DNA from: a virus
DNA: 64,000 bases
IMG/VR virus record: IMGVR_UViG_3300023184_000030
Location: 108,850-172,849 of that record
Strand: one strand, 5' to 3'
Shown: positions 46,614 to 56,991 of the stretch, piece after piece
Layout of the letters: each line of letters starts with the position of its first letter
Numbering within the stretch: position 1 is the stretch's first letter
Position numbers and translations under genes: made by a program
Notes under the pieces: generated by a model
Database searches by the model: none
Seen by the model: only the letters and a program-made list of their open reading frames with translations
Told to the model about the DNA's origin: nothing

Positions 46614-47168
46614 TTATAAGAATAAATCATCCCAATAATCAACTGCCCAAGTCATATCATCTATTTTGAATATATCGGTCGAGGTGTAATTAAGATTCAT
46701 TTCACTTATTGCTTTAGTAGGATAGCAGTCTCTGCATGTTATTCTTCTGAAAACGTCCCCTTGTTTATTAAAGATAGAAACTACAATAGTACCCGTATAG
46801 TCATTCTTGAGGCCCATTGCTCCTGTTAATGGATTATAAATTAAATCACTCCATTGTCTCAATGTTTTAAAAACATACATTGAGTTGTCATCATTTAAGT
46901 TGACGGTAAAGCTTAAACTTAAATCCAGATAGGTATTATCGGGTTTAGCACCAGCATAATTTCTTTTAGCAAACTTATACTTTTGCGTAACCAGTCCTGG
47001 GTTTTTATCTAAGGTAAGACCTCCAACCTTTGTTACTTGCTGAAGGAGTATTTCTCCACCGATAACAGCAGAGGGTGGTATAACCGTAACCTCAAACTGA
47101 TTCAGGTAAACAGGTTCATACTTGTTTATTGCTGATAGTGAATTTTGATAATGTGATAGTCCTGCCAT
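46614..47168 (-). CDS. gp19: Tail tube protein, paralogue A (gp19-like)
   Basis: Same motifs; directly after the sheath gene; GATAAATA at 47179-47186. Confidence 0.85.
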   Translation of the reverse strand: MAGLSHYQNSLSAINKYEPVYLNQFEVTVIPPSAVIGGEILLQQVTKVGGLTLDKNPGLVTQKYKFAKRNYAGAKPDNTYLDLSLSFTVNLNDDNSMYVFKTLRQWSDLIYNPLTGAMGLKNDYTGTIVVSIFNKQGDVFRRITCRDCYPTKAISEMNLNYTSTDIFKIDDMTWAVDYWDDLFL

Positions 47169-47214
47169 ATTCAGTTTATATTTATCTTAGTTGCCCAAAA
47201 GGCTCCAATTCGCA

Positions 47215-50200
47215 TTATACGAATTGGGTAAAGCCTCCTGCTGCTATACCACCTGTTCTTGTAACAGTAATTCTATTAATGAATTTCTGTATACCTCTAG
47301 CAGGTTCGATGATAACGTCTATGATTCCCATATTCATATCGATGATTGCTGGAGTGTTATTAGAAGCATCCATAACAGTTTGGTAGTTGTAGATTCCGCC
47401 TCCGGCTCTTACACCGTCTAAGTAGTTATCTACTAATGTTTTAATTTCAAGTCTAATTGAATCGTCATTGAAATCAAATAAGTAGTTAGAAAGAATTGAC
47501 TGAACGTCAGTTTCAATACTTATTAAAAGATCTCTTACGTGAACTAAGTTGAACGCAGAGTTAACTTGCTGATAAGCAGTTTGGTTACCGAAGATAACTA
47601 CTCCGATTCCTCTTCTCTTGATGATTGGGTTAATACCGAACGGTTCAAGATTTCCTCTGTCCTCATCAGTAAAGTCATATTCAACTCCTACGATATTACC
47701 GCCTCCGCTTAGAATACCTCTTTTTTGACCTGCGATAATTGCATAAGGTTCACCGGTAGCAAATTTTCTAACAAAGTTATTAGATACCATAGCAGCTGGT
47801 GGTACGTTTAGATTTCTATTAGATTCTCTGATAGTAATATAAGGAGCGTAGAATGCAGCAAATTTAGATCCTTCTGCTTCACTAGGTAAGCTGAAAGTAT
47901 AAGAAGGATTTAGTGATAGGTTACCCCCATCAGCTATATAAGCAGTATTTAAACTTGGATAAGGATTAACAGCTGTAGGTGCGTTAGTAAATCTAGGATC
48001 TGTACTCTTTTGAAACTGTTCCATAGAAGGAGCATTAATAAGAGCAAGCGATTGTTGTCTAATCATTGCTAATCTACTTAACTGGTATTTAGAGTTAGGT
48101 AAGATTTGGCCAGAGAATGTATCTACCACATATCTGAATGATATAACGTCCTTAGAAGCTAATGTCTTAGCGATGTTAGTATCGTACATAACATCAAGTA
48201 TTTCAGAAACCCTAGCATCACTACCATTAGGCCTGTGTGATTCTTTCATAGTGAATCCAGAAAGATAAGCGAAATCAAAAGATCTTGTAAATTGAGATAT
48301 CGATTGGAATTTCTGAACTCTAGACGTATTACCGTCTCCTGAATAATAAAGGATTGGTCTAGCACATACTACTCTGTAAGTTCCTGATGTAGTTGTCGAA
48401 GCAACAGTGGTAATCTTAGCTAATCTGCTTTGTTGATTACCTGTTGCAGGCACGCAGATGTCAAGATCAGTACATACTACCAAATCTCCAACCGAAAAAG
48501 GTACGTTTCCATTAGAGTCTTCAGTTACATAGAATGATGTTGTGTCTATTCTAGTACAGTCTACGAATTCGTTAATCGATCCCTCTTGAGAGATAATATC
48601 AAATTGCTGATCATCTACCGAAGTACCTATATTATCAGAAGCGTAAGTAGCAGAAAATAAAGCTATATTATTTATAGTGTTACCAGCTAAAGAAACGTTT
48701 GTATGAGATCTTGTGTTAACGTAATTAAACTGATCTCTATCTATTGTGTTTTCAAAAGTAAGATAATTTACAGAAGATCCTGCTGAATTTAACCAAACGA
48801 TGTCACCGTCTGCAAGTTCAGCATATTTAACATTTTGGAATAATGGAGATGCGTTATAAGCTTGCAGAACAATTGATGTTCCGTTAGCAGCATTAGGACC
48901 AGTTACACCGTTAGGCGTAGGCACGTTAGCAACTCTATCTAAGTAGTCGGAGTTACCGAATTGGTAAGCACTAGAGTAAAAAGGTTTATTACTTCCAGAG
49001 GCTCCGGTGTTGTAAGAGGTTAAGCTATAAACAGGAGATACTGTTATACCTTGAGATCTATAGTAAGCTGTATCTAACGGGTGAGAGAAGAATACTCTAA
49101 GCTCCCCGCTAACATCTTTAGTTCCGGTAACTTTAAGTTTAACCAAATCATGTAAAGAGAATTGGTTTATTAATGCTCCTGTTGCTCCGGAGATACCTTC
49201 AACTATACCAATTATGTATTTCTGATCGTTAGAAGAGTTAACTGTTAAGAAAGTTTTTAGTTCATTCTTTTCAGTAGCACCGCTTAAGTATCCAGCAGCT
49301 CCACTAGTTCCTGCTGTTTGTAAGTAATGTAATCCACCGTCATAAGCATTAGCATCATAAGCGGCAAAAGCTTGATAAGCAATACCTGCTGTTGATCCTG
49401 CGTTGATAGTGAATAAAGTACCTGTGTTCATACCAGATGTGTATCCTGTAGCTCCGGTAGGACCAACAAATCCTCCAGCTCCAGTAACCCCTATTACATT
49501 CTGCGTGTAGAGGTAATCGGCAACTAATGCCTGATCGTAACTTAAGAAGTTAATTGCAGGGTTAGCTAAATCTCTATTTCCCGATAATTCATCGATAAGG
49601 TGATTACCTACTAGATCAATCTGATATGGATTAGAGCAAATGTTATCGAATGCTTGTTCATCAATAGCACAGAATAAACCTGTTGCTGGCGAGTTAGCAT
49701 TTACTAATGTTTGAATATACTGGTTAACCCCATTAAGATCCACAAAGTCAGGAATTATACATCCGGTTACTGAAGTAACTATATTAACATCCTGTTGATT
49801 AAGGAAAGAGTCTATTTGGCTTTTTATAAATCCATTATTAGTAAAGTAATTAGACCATTTAGGATCTAAAGCTAAAGCTGCATAATTTGTCCAATCTCCG
49901 GATACTGCTATTACATCAATGAAATAATCTGACATATAGTCATAAGGGTGCATAAAGGTAGGAACGTTATTAGCTCCATACCAATCTAATGCAAAGATAT
50001 CATAACCTTTTAAAGGTTTAGTCGAGTCAGTAGACTTTCTAGTAATAATACTAATAGGGGTTTTACCTAAATTGGTTAAAGCAAATAGCCTTCCTGTATC
50101 AGGTGTACTTAACGTTGCTAAGAAATATTTTGTATCTGCATACCAGAATCTCTCTTTATTGTAGTAAGATGAATATAACTCAGATGTTACCACCCCGTTA

Positions 50201-50565
50201 TATTGCTCAGTATCAAGAGAGTATGCTATGTATGTAACCTCATCGGCATTTCCTGTGTCAGTATCATCATTTAACTTTAATAGATTTAATCCAAATACTG
50301 GACCTGTATTTAAACAAGTTAGTATAGATCTATGGAAGAAAGATCCCTTATTTTCTAAAGATCTATCAATGTCTCCAAACACAGAGATCATAGTAGTAGG
50401 ATCTGGAATGTACACAGGAGTATTGAAAGGTCCTTTGTTTGAGAAACCCACAACCAATCTAATCGTTTGAGATGTTAGGATGACGCTTTGTGACGCGTCA
50501 AATTCAAGAGTATAAACTCCTGAGGCTTTAAACTGGGAATAGTCTATTTTAACCTTATTTGCCAT
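47215..50565 (-). CDS. gp18: Contractile tail sheath protein (gp18-like) with large insertions
   Basis: SGVYTLE, VGFSNKGPFNTP, VPPAA, GINPI, IFGNQT, VHVRDLLI, MDASNNTP.IID; GATATATA at 50596-50603. Confidence 0.93.
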   Translation of the reverse strand: MANKVKIDYSQFKASGVYTLEFDASQSVILTSQTIRLVVGFSNKGPFNTPVYIPDPTTMISVFGDIDRSLENKGSFFHRSILTCLNTGPVFGLNLLKLNDDTDTGNADEVTYIAYSLDTEQYNGVVTSELYSSYYNKERFWYADTKYFLATLSTPDTGRLFALTNLGKTPISIITRKSTDSTKPLKGYDIFALDWYGANNVPTFMHPYDYMSDYFIDVIAVSGDWTNYAALALDPKWSNYFTNNGFIKSQIDSFLNQQDVNIVTSVTGCIIPDFVDLNGVNQYIQTLVNANSPATGLFCAIDEQAFDNICSNPYQIDLVGNHLIDELSGNRDLANPAINFLSYDQALVADYLYTQNVIGVTGAGGFVGPTGATGYTSGMNTGTLFTINAGSTAGIAYQAFAAYDANAYDGGLHYLQTAGTSGAAGYLSGATEKNELKTFLTVNSSNDQKYIIGIVEGISGATGALINQFSLHDLVKLKVTGTKDVSGELRVFFSHPLDTAYYRSQGITVSPVYSLTSYNTGASGSNKPFYSSAYQFGNSDYLDRVANVPTPNGVTGPNAANGTSIVLQAYNASPLFQNVKYAELADGDIVWLNSAGSSVNYLTFENTIDRDQFNYVNTRSHTNVSLAGNTINNIALFSATYASDNIGTSVDDQQFDIISQEGSINEFVDCTRIDTTSFYVTEDSNGNVPFSVGDLVVCTDLDICVPATGNQQSRLAKITTVASTTTSGTYRVVCARPILYYSGDGNTSRVQKFQSISQFTRSFDFAYLSGFTMKESHRPNGSDARVSEILDVMYDTNIAKTLASKDVISFRYVVDTFSGQILPNSKYQLSRLAMIRQQSLALINAPSMEQFQKSTDPRFTNAPTAVNPYPSLNTAYIADGGNLSLNPSYTFSLPSEAEGSKFAAFYAPYITIRESNRNLNVPPAAMVSNNFVRKFATGEPYAIIAGQKRGILSGGGNIVGVEYDFTDEDRGNLEPFGINPIIKRRGIGVVIFGNQTAYQQVNSAFNLVHVRDLLISIETDVQSILSNYLFDFNDDSIRLEIKTLVDNYLDGVRAGGGIYNYQTVMDASNNTPAIIDMNMGIIDVIIEPARGIQKFINRITVTRTGGIAAGGFTQFV

Positions 50566-50638
50566 TATTTTTTAAGATATTTTTTGCTTCTTTACTATAT
50601 ATCGAAATAGAAAGTAGAATATTAGATCCGTTGCATGT

Positions 50639-52480
50639 TTAGAGCAATTTATTGAAATCTCCATAGCTTCTTCCATCTTTAGTGGAAGGACCTCTATTTC
50701 CGTATCCGTATTCATCGTTTTCCGTTGATATACCAGCTTCAAGCTTTAGTGTTATTAATTGTTTATATTCATTGTCGAGTTCATCAAACACATCGCCAAC
50801 CATCTGATTAAAATCGTACCCATCAAAAAGACCCGGCAAATTCACCAAAGTCATTGCTACGTCATCGTGTCCAGTTTGGCTAGAATATGTTCCTCTGTTA
50901 TTAAGTCCGAATGTAAATAGTTCAGGGATTGTCCATTTCTTATCATTTACTAAGATTTTTCCCTCCCTTATTAAGCTTCTTAGAAGTTCGCAGTACTTCA
51001 TCTTATTCTTTTCGTTGTACTTAATACCTGGTTTTAAAATCCTTGCAGATTCAGAATGCTTTGTGAATAAGAACATCTCATCGTAATAATCATCATCAGT
51101 CATTAATTTTTCATAAAGTAATTCACCTTTGAAGTTCATTTCAATAGCTAGCTTAACTCTATCCACGCTAACAACCTTTATCAATCCTCTTAATAACTTA
51201 ACAAGTTCTTCAAGCTTTATCTCATTATCTCTAAAAACCCCAACCTGTACAAGACCAAAGAAATCTGATTCATCCTCAAATTCCACAATTGATTCTATAA
51301 CCTTTTTAGGTAAGGGGGTAACCTTAAATATATTAACGACAGTAAAGTCACCTTTTATTCCTGCGCTTATATCAACGGAAAAAACGAACTTCTTCCCTGG
51401 GGAATTCGCGTTATCTAAGTTAAATTTAGGATGCCACAGAAGTTTTTCGTAATTAAGACTTTCCTCATAATGTAAGCAATCTATCTCCCTCCATTCATAT
51501 TCAACCTCATTAGACTTAATCTTTTTAAGCTCATTTGAGCCTAAAAGTAGGGATGATGAGCTTAGAAATTGGTTACCGTATTCCTGGTTAAATAGCTCCT
51601 CGCTTCCAAGGTTACCTATTTCTTTTTGTTTCCAAGCTTCATCTCTTCCGGGAACTTGCCACCAATCAACCCTTATTGGATTGAAACTATTTTCTCCAGT
51701 GAGAGCGCCCTGGTAAATCTCATAGAATTTATTCATTCCATTCGGAGTGGATGTTATGATTATTCTAGACACCTTTGATGACGATACCGTTGGATATGTC
51801 GATCTAAAGAATGCTTCAATAAAGTTAGCATTAATGTGAGCAAACTCATCCATATAAAGAAAGTGAATTGTAAAACCAATACCTGATGTTTTAGTTGTAG
51901 TCTTAGCTAGAATTCTACATCCATTATCAAATCTCATTGACATCACGTTATTAACTATCATTCCTGGCTTAAGAAAGAAAGGAAGACCTTTTATGATTGC
52001 TTTAATCTTGTCCATTAGCTCTTCCGCGGTATCTCCAACGTTGGCTAGAATCATAGCATTTTTATCGTGATTGAATAGAAGATACCAAACAAGAATTACT
52101 GAAGATGTTATAGATTTACCAACCTGTCTCGGTGCTAGAAATATATTAAATCTATTTGCCTGGTATTCTCTAAGTACAGAACTTTGATAATCTCTAAGCT
52201 TGATATAATTTAATCCCTCATCTGTCATTACTTGGCAGTATTTAGAGAAATATGTAACATCCTCTGCACATTTTCTCATCTCGAGGATCTCTTCGTTAGT
52301 ATACTCCCAAAGTAGATTTGGTTTTTTCAGATCAGGATTTCCGTCATGAAATGGGTTATCCACTTCTTTGTAATCTAATCCCTCTTCATCGATTTTTCTA
52401 AGAAGTTCGTTTACCCTTTCTGTGCTCCAATAGCTACTTTCTGATTGGACTTCCTCTTTTTGTACTGCTTCTGAAAACAT
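50639..52480 (-). CDS. gp17: Terminase large subunit (gp17-like)
   Basis: LRDYQ, APRQVGKS, YMDEFAH, STPNG, FNQEY, SVDISAG, HDDVAM. Confidence 0.96.
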   Translation of the reverse strand: MFSEAVQKEEVQSESSYWSTERVNELLRKIDEEGLDYKEVDNPFHDGNPDLKKPNLLWEYTNEEILEMRKCAEDVTYFSKYCQVMTDEGLNYIKLRDYQSSVLREYQANRFNIFLAPRQVGKSITSSVILVWYLLFNHDKNAMILANVGDTAEELMDKIKAIIKGLPFFLKPGMIVNNVMSMRFDNGCRILAKTTTKTSGIGFTIHFLYMDEFAHINANFIEAFFRSTYPTVSSSKVSRIIITSTPNGMNKFYEIYQGALTGENSFNPIRVDWWQVPGRDEAWKQKEIGNLGSEELFNQEYGNQFLSSSSLLLGSNELKKIKSNEVEYEWREIDCLHYEESLNYEKLLWHPKFNLDNANSPGKKFVFSVDISAGIKGDFTVVNIFKVTPLPKKVIESIVEFEDESDFFGLVQVGVFRDNEIKLEELVKLLRGLIKVVSVDRVKLAIEMNFKGELLYEKLMTDDDYYDEMFLFTKHSESARILKPGIKYNEKNKMKYCELLRSLIREGKILVNDKKWTIPELFTFGLNNRGTYSSQTGHDDVAMTLVNLPGLFDGYDFNQMVGDVFDELDNEYKQLITLKLEAGISTENDEYGYGNRGPSTKDGRSYGDFNKLL

Positions 52481-52481
52481 A

Positions 52482-53261
52482 TTATTCTATTATATCGTCC
52501 TCGATAATGAAGTCGCTTTGATCTTCCTCATCGTCTTGTGGACGGAATTTATCATCAATCAATTTTTTCTCTCTCGCATTAACAACAGAGTTGGGATCAA
52601 GTTCTATAGGTTTAACATCAATAACCTCGTTTCCTAATATATCTCTAAGACCCTCCATTATACCTCTTGTTCCTCTAGATCTTATACCAGCTCCATCTGT
52701 ATTAGAGGGATAGAAAGTATTGGTCTCACCAGTCTCGCTCTGATCCATAACTACCCCACCTGAATGTTTCTTCACTTCAAGTTCAGTATTTACCCTTTTA
52801 TAGCTCTGCTCCATTTTTTCAAGATAAGCCTGATAATCCTTGGGCATTTGCATTATTTGAGATTGAAGCTGAGCAAGCACCTCAAAAATTCTAGGATGCA
52901 TGTTTCCTAAATCTATCTCTTCAAGAAGTTTAGTGATTGCATGTTGAGCAGATTTCATCTGAAACATCATTGATGAAACATTCATCGCGTCAACCTTTTT
53001 CTTAAGATCAAGGAATTCCACGTGCCCGTGAGCTCCCGGGTCGACATAGAATTTTGCTACAGAATCCATTAATGATCTAGCCTCAGTCAAAGCACTGAGC
53101 TTCTCATCAGCAAAATTCATCAGTTCTGATGTTTTAAGTCTAGGAAGGTCGTCTGAATCTAAAGAAATAGAATCTAAGGCTTCTTCCATTATTATGGCAT
53201 CAAGATTCTCTTTTATTTTTTCCTGTATTACCTTCTCTGGTTTAGGTTTTCTTCTTGGCAT
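52482..53261 (-). CDS. Probable terminase small subunit
   Basis: Directly upstream of the large subunit; helical, HPRIFEVLAQL recalls the gp16 PR.FEV motif. Confidence 0.55.
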   Translation of the reverse strand: MPRRKPKPEKVIQEKIKENLDAIIMEEALDSISLDSDDLPRLKTSELMNFADEKLSALTEARSLMDSVAKFYVDPGAHGHVEFLDLKKKVDAMNVSSMMFQMKSAQHAITKLLEEIDLGNMHPRIFEVLAQLQSQIMQMPKDYQAYLEKMEQSYKRVNTELEVKKHSGGVVMDQSETGETNTFYPSNTDGAGIRSRGTRGIMEGLRDILGNEVIDVKPIELDPNSVVNAREKKLIDDKFRPQDDEEDQSDFIIEDDIIE

Positions 53262-53264
53262 ATT

Positions 53265-55754
53265 TTATCTGTTTCTAGCGAACTTAGGTATGTTCAGCAC
53301 TGGTTTAGCGTTATCAATTATGTGTGCTAGCTGCGAATCCCTTACTATGTTTTGATTTAAAACAGTGGATTGGGTATCAACATCTATCATATTTTTAAAT
53401 AGTCTTATATTACTTAGATATATCGGACCTGTGAATATTTTATAAGCATTCGTCTCTGTTCCATAAAATGGGCTTGCTTTATCTGTGATAATATTGGACG
53501 GAGCAGCAAATAGTATAGGTTCAGTAAACATTCTAACTTCCTCGTGTAGCTTTTGTAATTTACTAGATTGCTCGTTCGGATTGACAGGGTCATACGTCAT
53601 TCCCCATATATTAGCAGCTATCTGTTTATAGGTATTTGAAATATTAACAACTACGCCATACCATTCACCATATTCTGGTGTAAATTGTAAAGGCGAATTT
53701 ATAATCGTACTATTGAGTCTGATGACCAAACTTCCCTGTCCTAAGAAAGGATTAGTATTTTCGTCCATTACACCGGAGTGTATTAGGTCTACTCTCATAC
53801 CTTTCATATCAGAATTCTCGTCTAAATAAAGACCACTTATTAAGTTTCTACTTTGTGCTTTTTGTACTTTCCAAATTATAGTTCCTTGAGAGAAAGTGGT
53901 TGAGTTGTTTTTTACCGTGAATCTATATTCATCAATAACAGATAAAACTTCATATCCTCCCGAGTGTAATTTATCAGCCTTTATTGCAACATAACCTTCC
54001 GGATTTGAAGCATACGATTCCCATTTTTCTAATCTATGCCTATTTGGATAAGTGCTTAAATATAAATAATCTGAATCTGAGTTCTCAAGGGTTGCATTTA
54101 ATATGGGATAACCTCTTTTAGTCATCTTGGTATTATCGTAGAAATCTCTTAAAGTAAACCAGCATGTGTATGCTAATTCCTCGTTATCTCTTAATACAGG
54201 TAATGCTTTATATCTAACAGCATTCTTATATCTGGTAGGGTCAAATACGAATTCTGAGGTATCAGCAAAAGCTTCGCTTAGATCATAATAGTTATTTAAT
54301 ACTATTGTCCAGTTATTATTAAGATCATATTCAATTATCGGAAGTTCTTTATAGACATAAGATCTAATAGGATCTTGAGACATCTGGGTTATTGTCGTAG
54401 CGTACTGTTGTGGCTTAGAAGACTTTAATTCCTCCGCCTTAACTTCCTCACCAAATAACTCCTGAGTAGTAACCGCTATTCCTTCTAATTCCTCTTTGTA
54501 AGCAGGATCTTGAAAATATGTATTACTTCTAGGACTATATTTCTGTAGTTCTATTTTAAAATAAACTGGGGCATTCATGAAATCTCTAAATAAATAAGTT
54601 GAGTTTATTTCATAAATACGATTTGTAATAGGGAAGTAAAGTATATCTCTTTTCCTAGGTTGAGAACCTTTACCAAATATGCTTTCAAAATATTTTCTAT
54701 CTATTTGGATCTCAAAAGGATTTTCGAACTGAAGTCCAAAAGGATCGTAATTTATTTTATTATCAGGGAATTGATTTTGAGGAACTAGTATCTTAACACA
54801 TTTCTCATCAACGACATTAAAAAGAGTGTATTCTCTAAGTATAACATCCTTACCTCTACCCTGTGGCTGAACAGAATAGTAATTTGCTTCCAATCCAAAA
54901 ACTTTATTAACCATTTGGCTTAAATCCTGATAGAGATTTAAAGCTTTATTTACTGCATAAGGATTAAATGTGAAATTACAATCACTGAATATAACAGGCC
55001 TAGTGGAAACCTCATTAGAACATATTAGTGCAGGTTTTGATATAACTTTCTCTGGTGTAGGAGCATAGTCCAGATCAAGTTCAAATTGAACTATCACTAT
55101 ACTAGGATCTATTGGTTCATCAGTGTTATAGATTATTGTACCATCATCATTAATAAGGACGGAGGTGAATCTGAATTCAGGGTAGAATTTATTATTAGGG
55201 TCTAATATTATTTCAGAAAGATCCGAGAATTCGTTTGTTAATCCTCCTAATGCTGTTCCAACATTTGTCCAAAGTGACCAAGTTTTACCGTCTATACTGT
55301 ATCTGAAGTCAATAGCAATATCATCAGCATCTACTCTAGATCCTGTATTATTACTGTTTCCAGCATCAATTATCCAACCCTTAAATTTAGTAACATATGT
55401 AAATGGGTTATCCCACGATAGAATCCTGTAATTACCTATATACGTGAAGTTTAAGGCACTATCTAGCTGTTCTATTCTGGTATTATAATAATCAATGCTA
55501 GCGCAAGGCTTGTAGTAAGTTTTGCCATCTATTACAACTGTGTGATATCCATCACATCCTATTTGTAATGCTCTAGCTTTTGCAGATTCTATGGTAGCAA
55601 AAAGATTATCTACCGAGGATTTTTTAATCTTATCGGTGTTCTGCAATCCATCATGATATTTGTATCTTATATCGGTAAGGTCATACTGCTCCCCGCTTCC
55701 GTTATAAACCGGTGTTCCTTTCTTAGGAAACTTGTCCTCTGGGTTAAAACTCAT
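53265..55754 (-). CDS. Neck protein (gp14-like) with extra N- and C-terminal domains
   Basis: FGL.F...EI.IDRKYFE..FG....PR.RDILYFPITNRIYEI; C-terminal LamG-like beta domain; GATATATA at 55777-55784. Confidence 0.65.
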   Translation of the reverse strand: MSFNPEDKFPKKGTPVYNGSGEQYDLTDIRYKYHDGLQNTDKIKKSSVDNLFATIESAKARALQIGCDGYHTVVIDGKTYYKPCASIDYYNTRIEQLDSALNFTYIGNYRILSWDNPFTYVTKFKGWIIDAGNSNNTGSRVDADDIAIDFRYSIDGKTWSLWTNVGTALGGLTNEFSDLSEIILDPNNKFYPEFRFTSVLINDDGTIIYNTDEPIDPSIVIVQFELDLDYAPTPEKVISKPALICSNEVSTRPVIFSDCNFTFNPYAVNKALNLYQDLSQMVNKVFGLEANYYSVQPQGRGKDVILREYTLFNVVDEKCVKILVPQNQFPDNKINYDPFGLQFENPFEIQIDRKYFESIFGKGSQPRKRDILYFPITNRIYEINSTYLFRDFMNAPVYFKIELQKYSPRSNTYFQDPAYKEELEGIAVTTQELFGEEVKAEELKSSKPQQYATTITQMSQDPIRSYVYKELPIIEYDLNNNWTIVLNNYYDLSEAFADTSEFVFDPTRYKNAVRYKALPVLRDNEELAYTCWFTLRDFYDNTKMTKRGYPILNATLENSDSDYLYLSTYPNRHRLEKWESYASNPEGYVAIKADKLHSGGYEVLSVIDEYRFTVKNNSTTFSQGTIIWKVQKAQSRNLISGLYLDENSDMKGMRVDLIHSGVMDENTNPFLGQGSLVIRLNSTIINSPLQFTPEYGEWYGVVVNISNTYKQIAANIWGMTYDPVNPNEQSSKLQKLHEEVRMFTEPILFAAPSNIITDKASPFYGTETNAYKIFTGPIYLSNIRLFKNMIDVDTQSTVLNQNIVRDSQLAHIIDNAKPVLNIPKFARNR

Positions 55755-55806
55755 TATTTAGTAGATATCTTTTCTTTATATATCCACTTAAATAAATAAG
55801 AGAAGC

Positions 55807-56988
55807 TTAGACTTCTTTAGAAGCCCATTCGATAACTGATTGAAATACACGTTCTGGCGTTATTGATTTGGTACATTCAAAATGTCTATCTGTATCCTTG
55901 TGCTCCGGACACCACCACCAATCGCCTTTATCGAACTTATGCTCAACTTTATTGAAGCAGCCATGACAAACATCTTTGTTTATTATACGAAGAGTTTTAT
56001 CAGAAAATTCGCAAAATGGCTGGCTAAAACCTGATATCATAACAACAGGAACGTCCAGTCCCCAAGATAGCCAAGAAAGGCCAGAGCTAACTCCGACAAA
56101 GAATTCGCAATTAATTATATCGCTCATTGTGTCTTCTATCGGTCTATCTCCAGTTCTATCAATCACATTTGAAAAATGATTTCCCTGCTTATGAATTATA
56201 ACAACTTCATATCCTATATTTTTAAATAGATCGATAAGCTGTTGCCACCCACCAGGATAGTTCCAATGCTTTGCAGCAGCAGTAGATTCTGTTCCTATAC
56301 AGATGTATTTTTTATCGGATGGTTTTTCCTTTATTGTTTTCTTTAATCTCGGTCTGATCTCACCTACGTACTCAAGGCCTAACATATCCGATGCAACTTT
56401 CTGAAGTGGACATAATCTAGGATCAACTTTATGGTAATTGATATCCGTTTCCTGATACCAGCCAATACCTAATAAGACGTCAATATTATCTTCTCTGTAT
56501 CCTGGATGTTTGAATTTGAGAACATCGTACTGTCCTTCGAATAAATGATTCCAAAAAGTGGTAATGGTTATATCTGAACAGTTATGAACTTCAGCAAATC
56601 TATTAACATAAGGTACCCAAGCTAAGGTGTCTCCGAGAGAACTGCTTTCTAAAGCAATTATTACTTTACCTGATCTTATCTTTTTAAGCAGATTAAATTC
56701 ATGAACCTGATCACCGTTCTTGTCATAAACGAATATAGTTATATCATCGATCCATCTTCGGTATGCGTAGCAGAAATGCCCAGTGATTATCTGACTAGAA
56801 AATATAACAGAACCTGTTGCATCTTTTATATGTACTGTATATGGTTCAAGATTAAAATCACCAAAGTCTATCGTTACTTTAGGTGATTGATCAAACTGTG
56901 TCCTTATCTTTACCTTATGCTTGAATATAGGGTAATCTGACTTTTTTATGTCATCATAGATAGCTATTGATTCCTTGTGTATCTGCAT
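55807..56988 (-). CDS. TibC/AAH-like (autotransporter heptosyltransferase family) GT-B glycosyltransferase
   Basis: SLGDTLAW.PY, K.WNYP.GWQ, FVGVSSGLSWLSW, VMISGFS, four-Cys motif CHGC...WCP.H....FECTK. Confidence 0.85.
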   Translation of the reverse strand: MQIHKESIAIYDDIKKSDYPIFKHKVKIRTQFDQSPKVTIDFGDFNLEPYTVHIKDATGSVIFSSQIITGHFCYAYRRWIDDITIFVYDKNGDQVHEFNLLKKIRSGKVIIALESSSLGDTLAWVPYVNRFAEVHNCSDITITTFWNHLFEGQYDVLKFKHPGYREDNIDVLLGIGWYQETDINYHKVDPRLCPLQKVASDMLGLEYVGEIRPRLKKTIKEKPSDKKYICIGTESTAAAKHWNYPGGWQQLIDLFKNIGYEVVIIHKQGNHFSNVIDRTGDRPIEDTMSDIINCEFFVGVSSGLSWLSWGLDVPVVMISGFSQPFCEFSDKTLRIINKDVCHGCFNKVEHKFDKGDWWWCPEHKDTDRHFECTKSITPERVFQSVIEWASKEV

Positions 56989-56991
56989 TAA

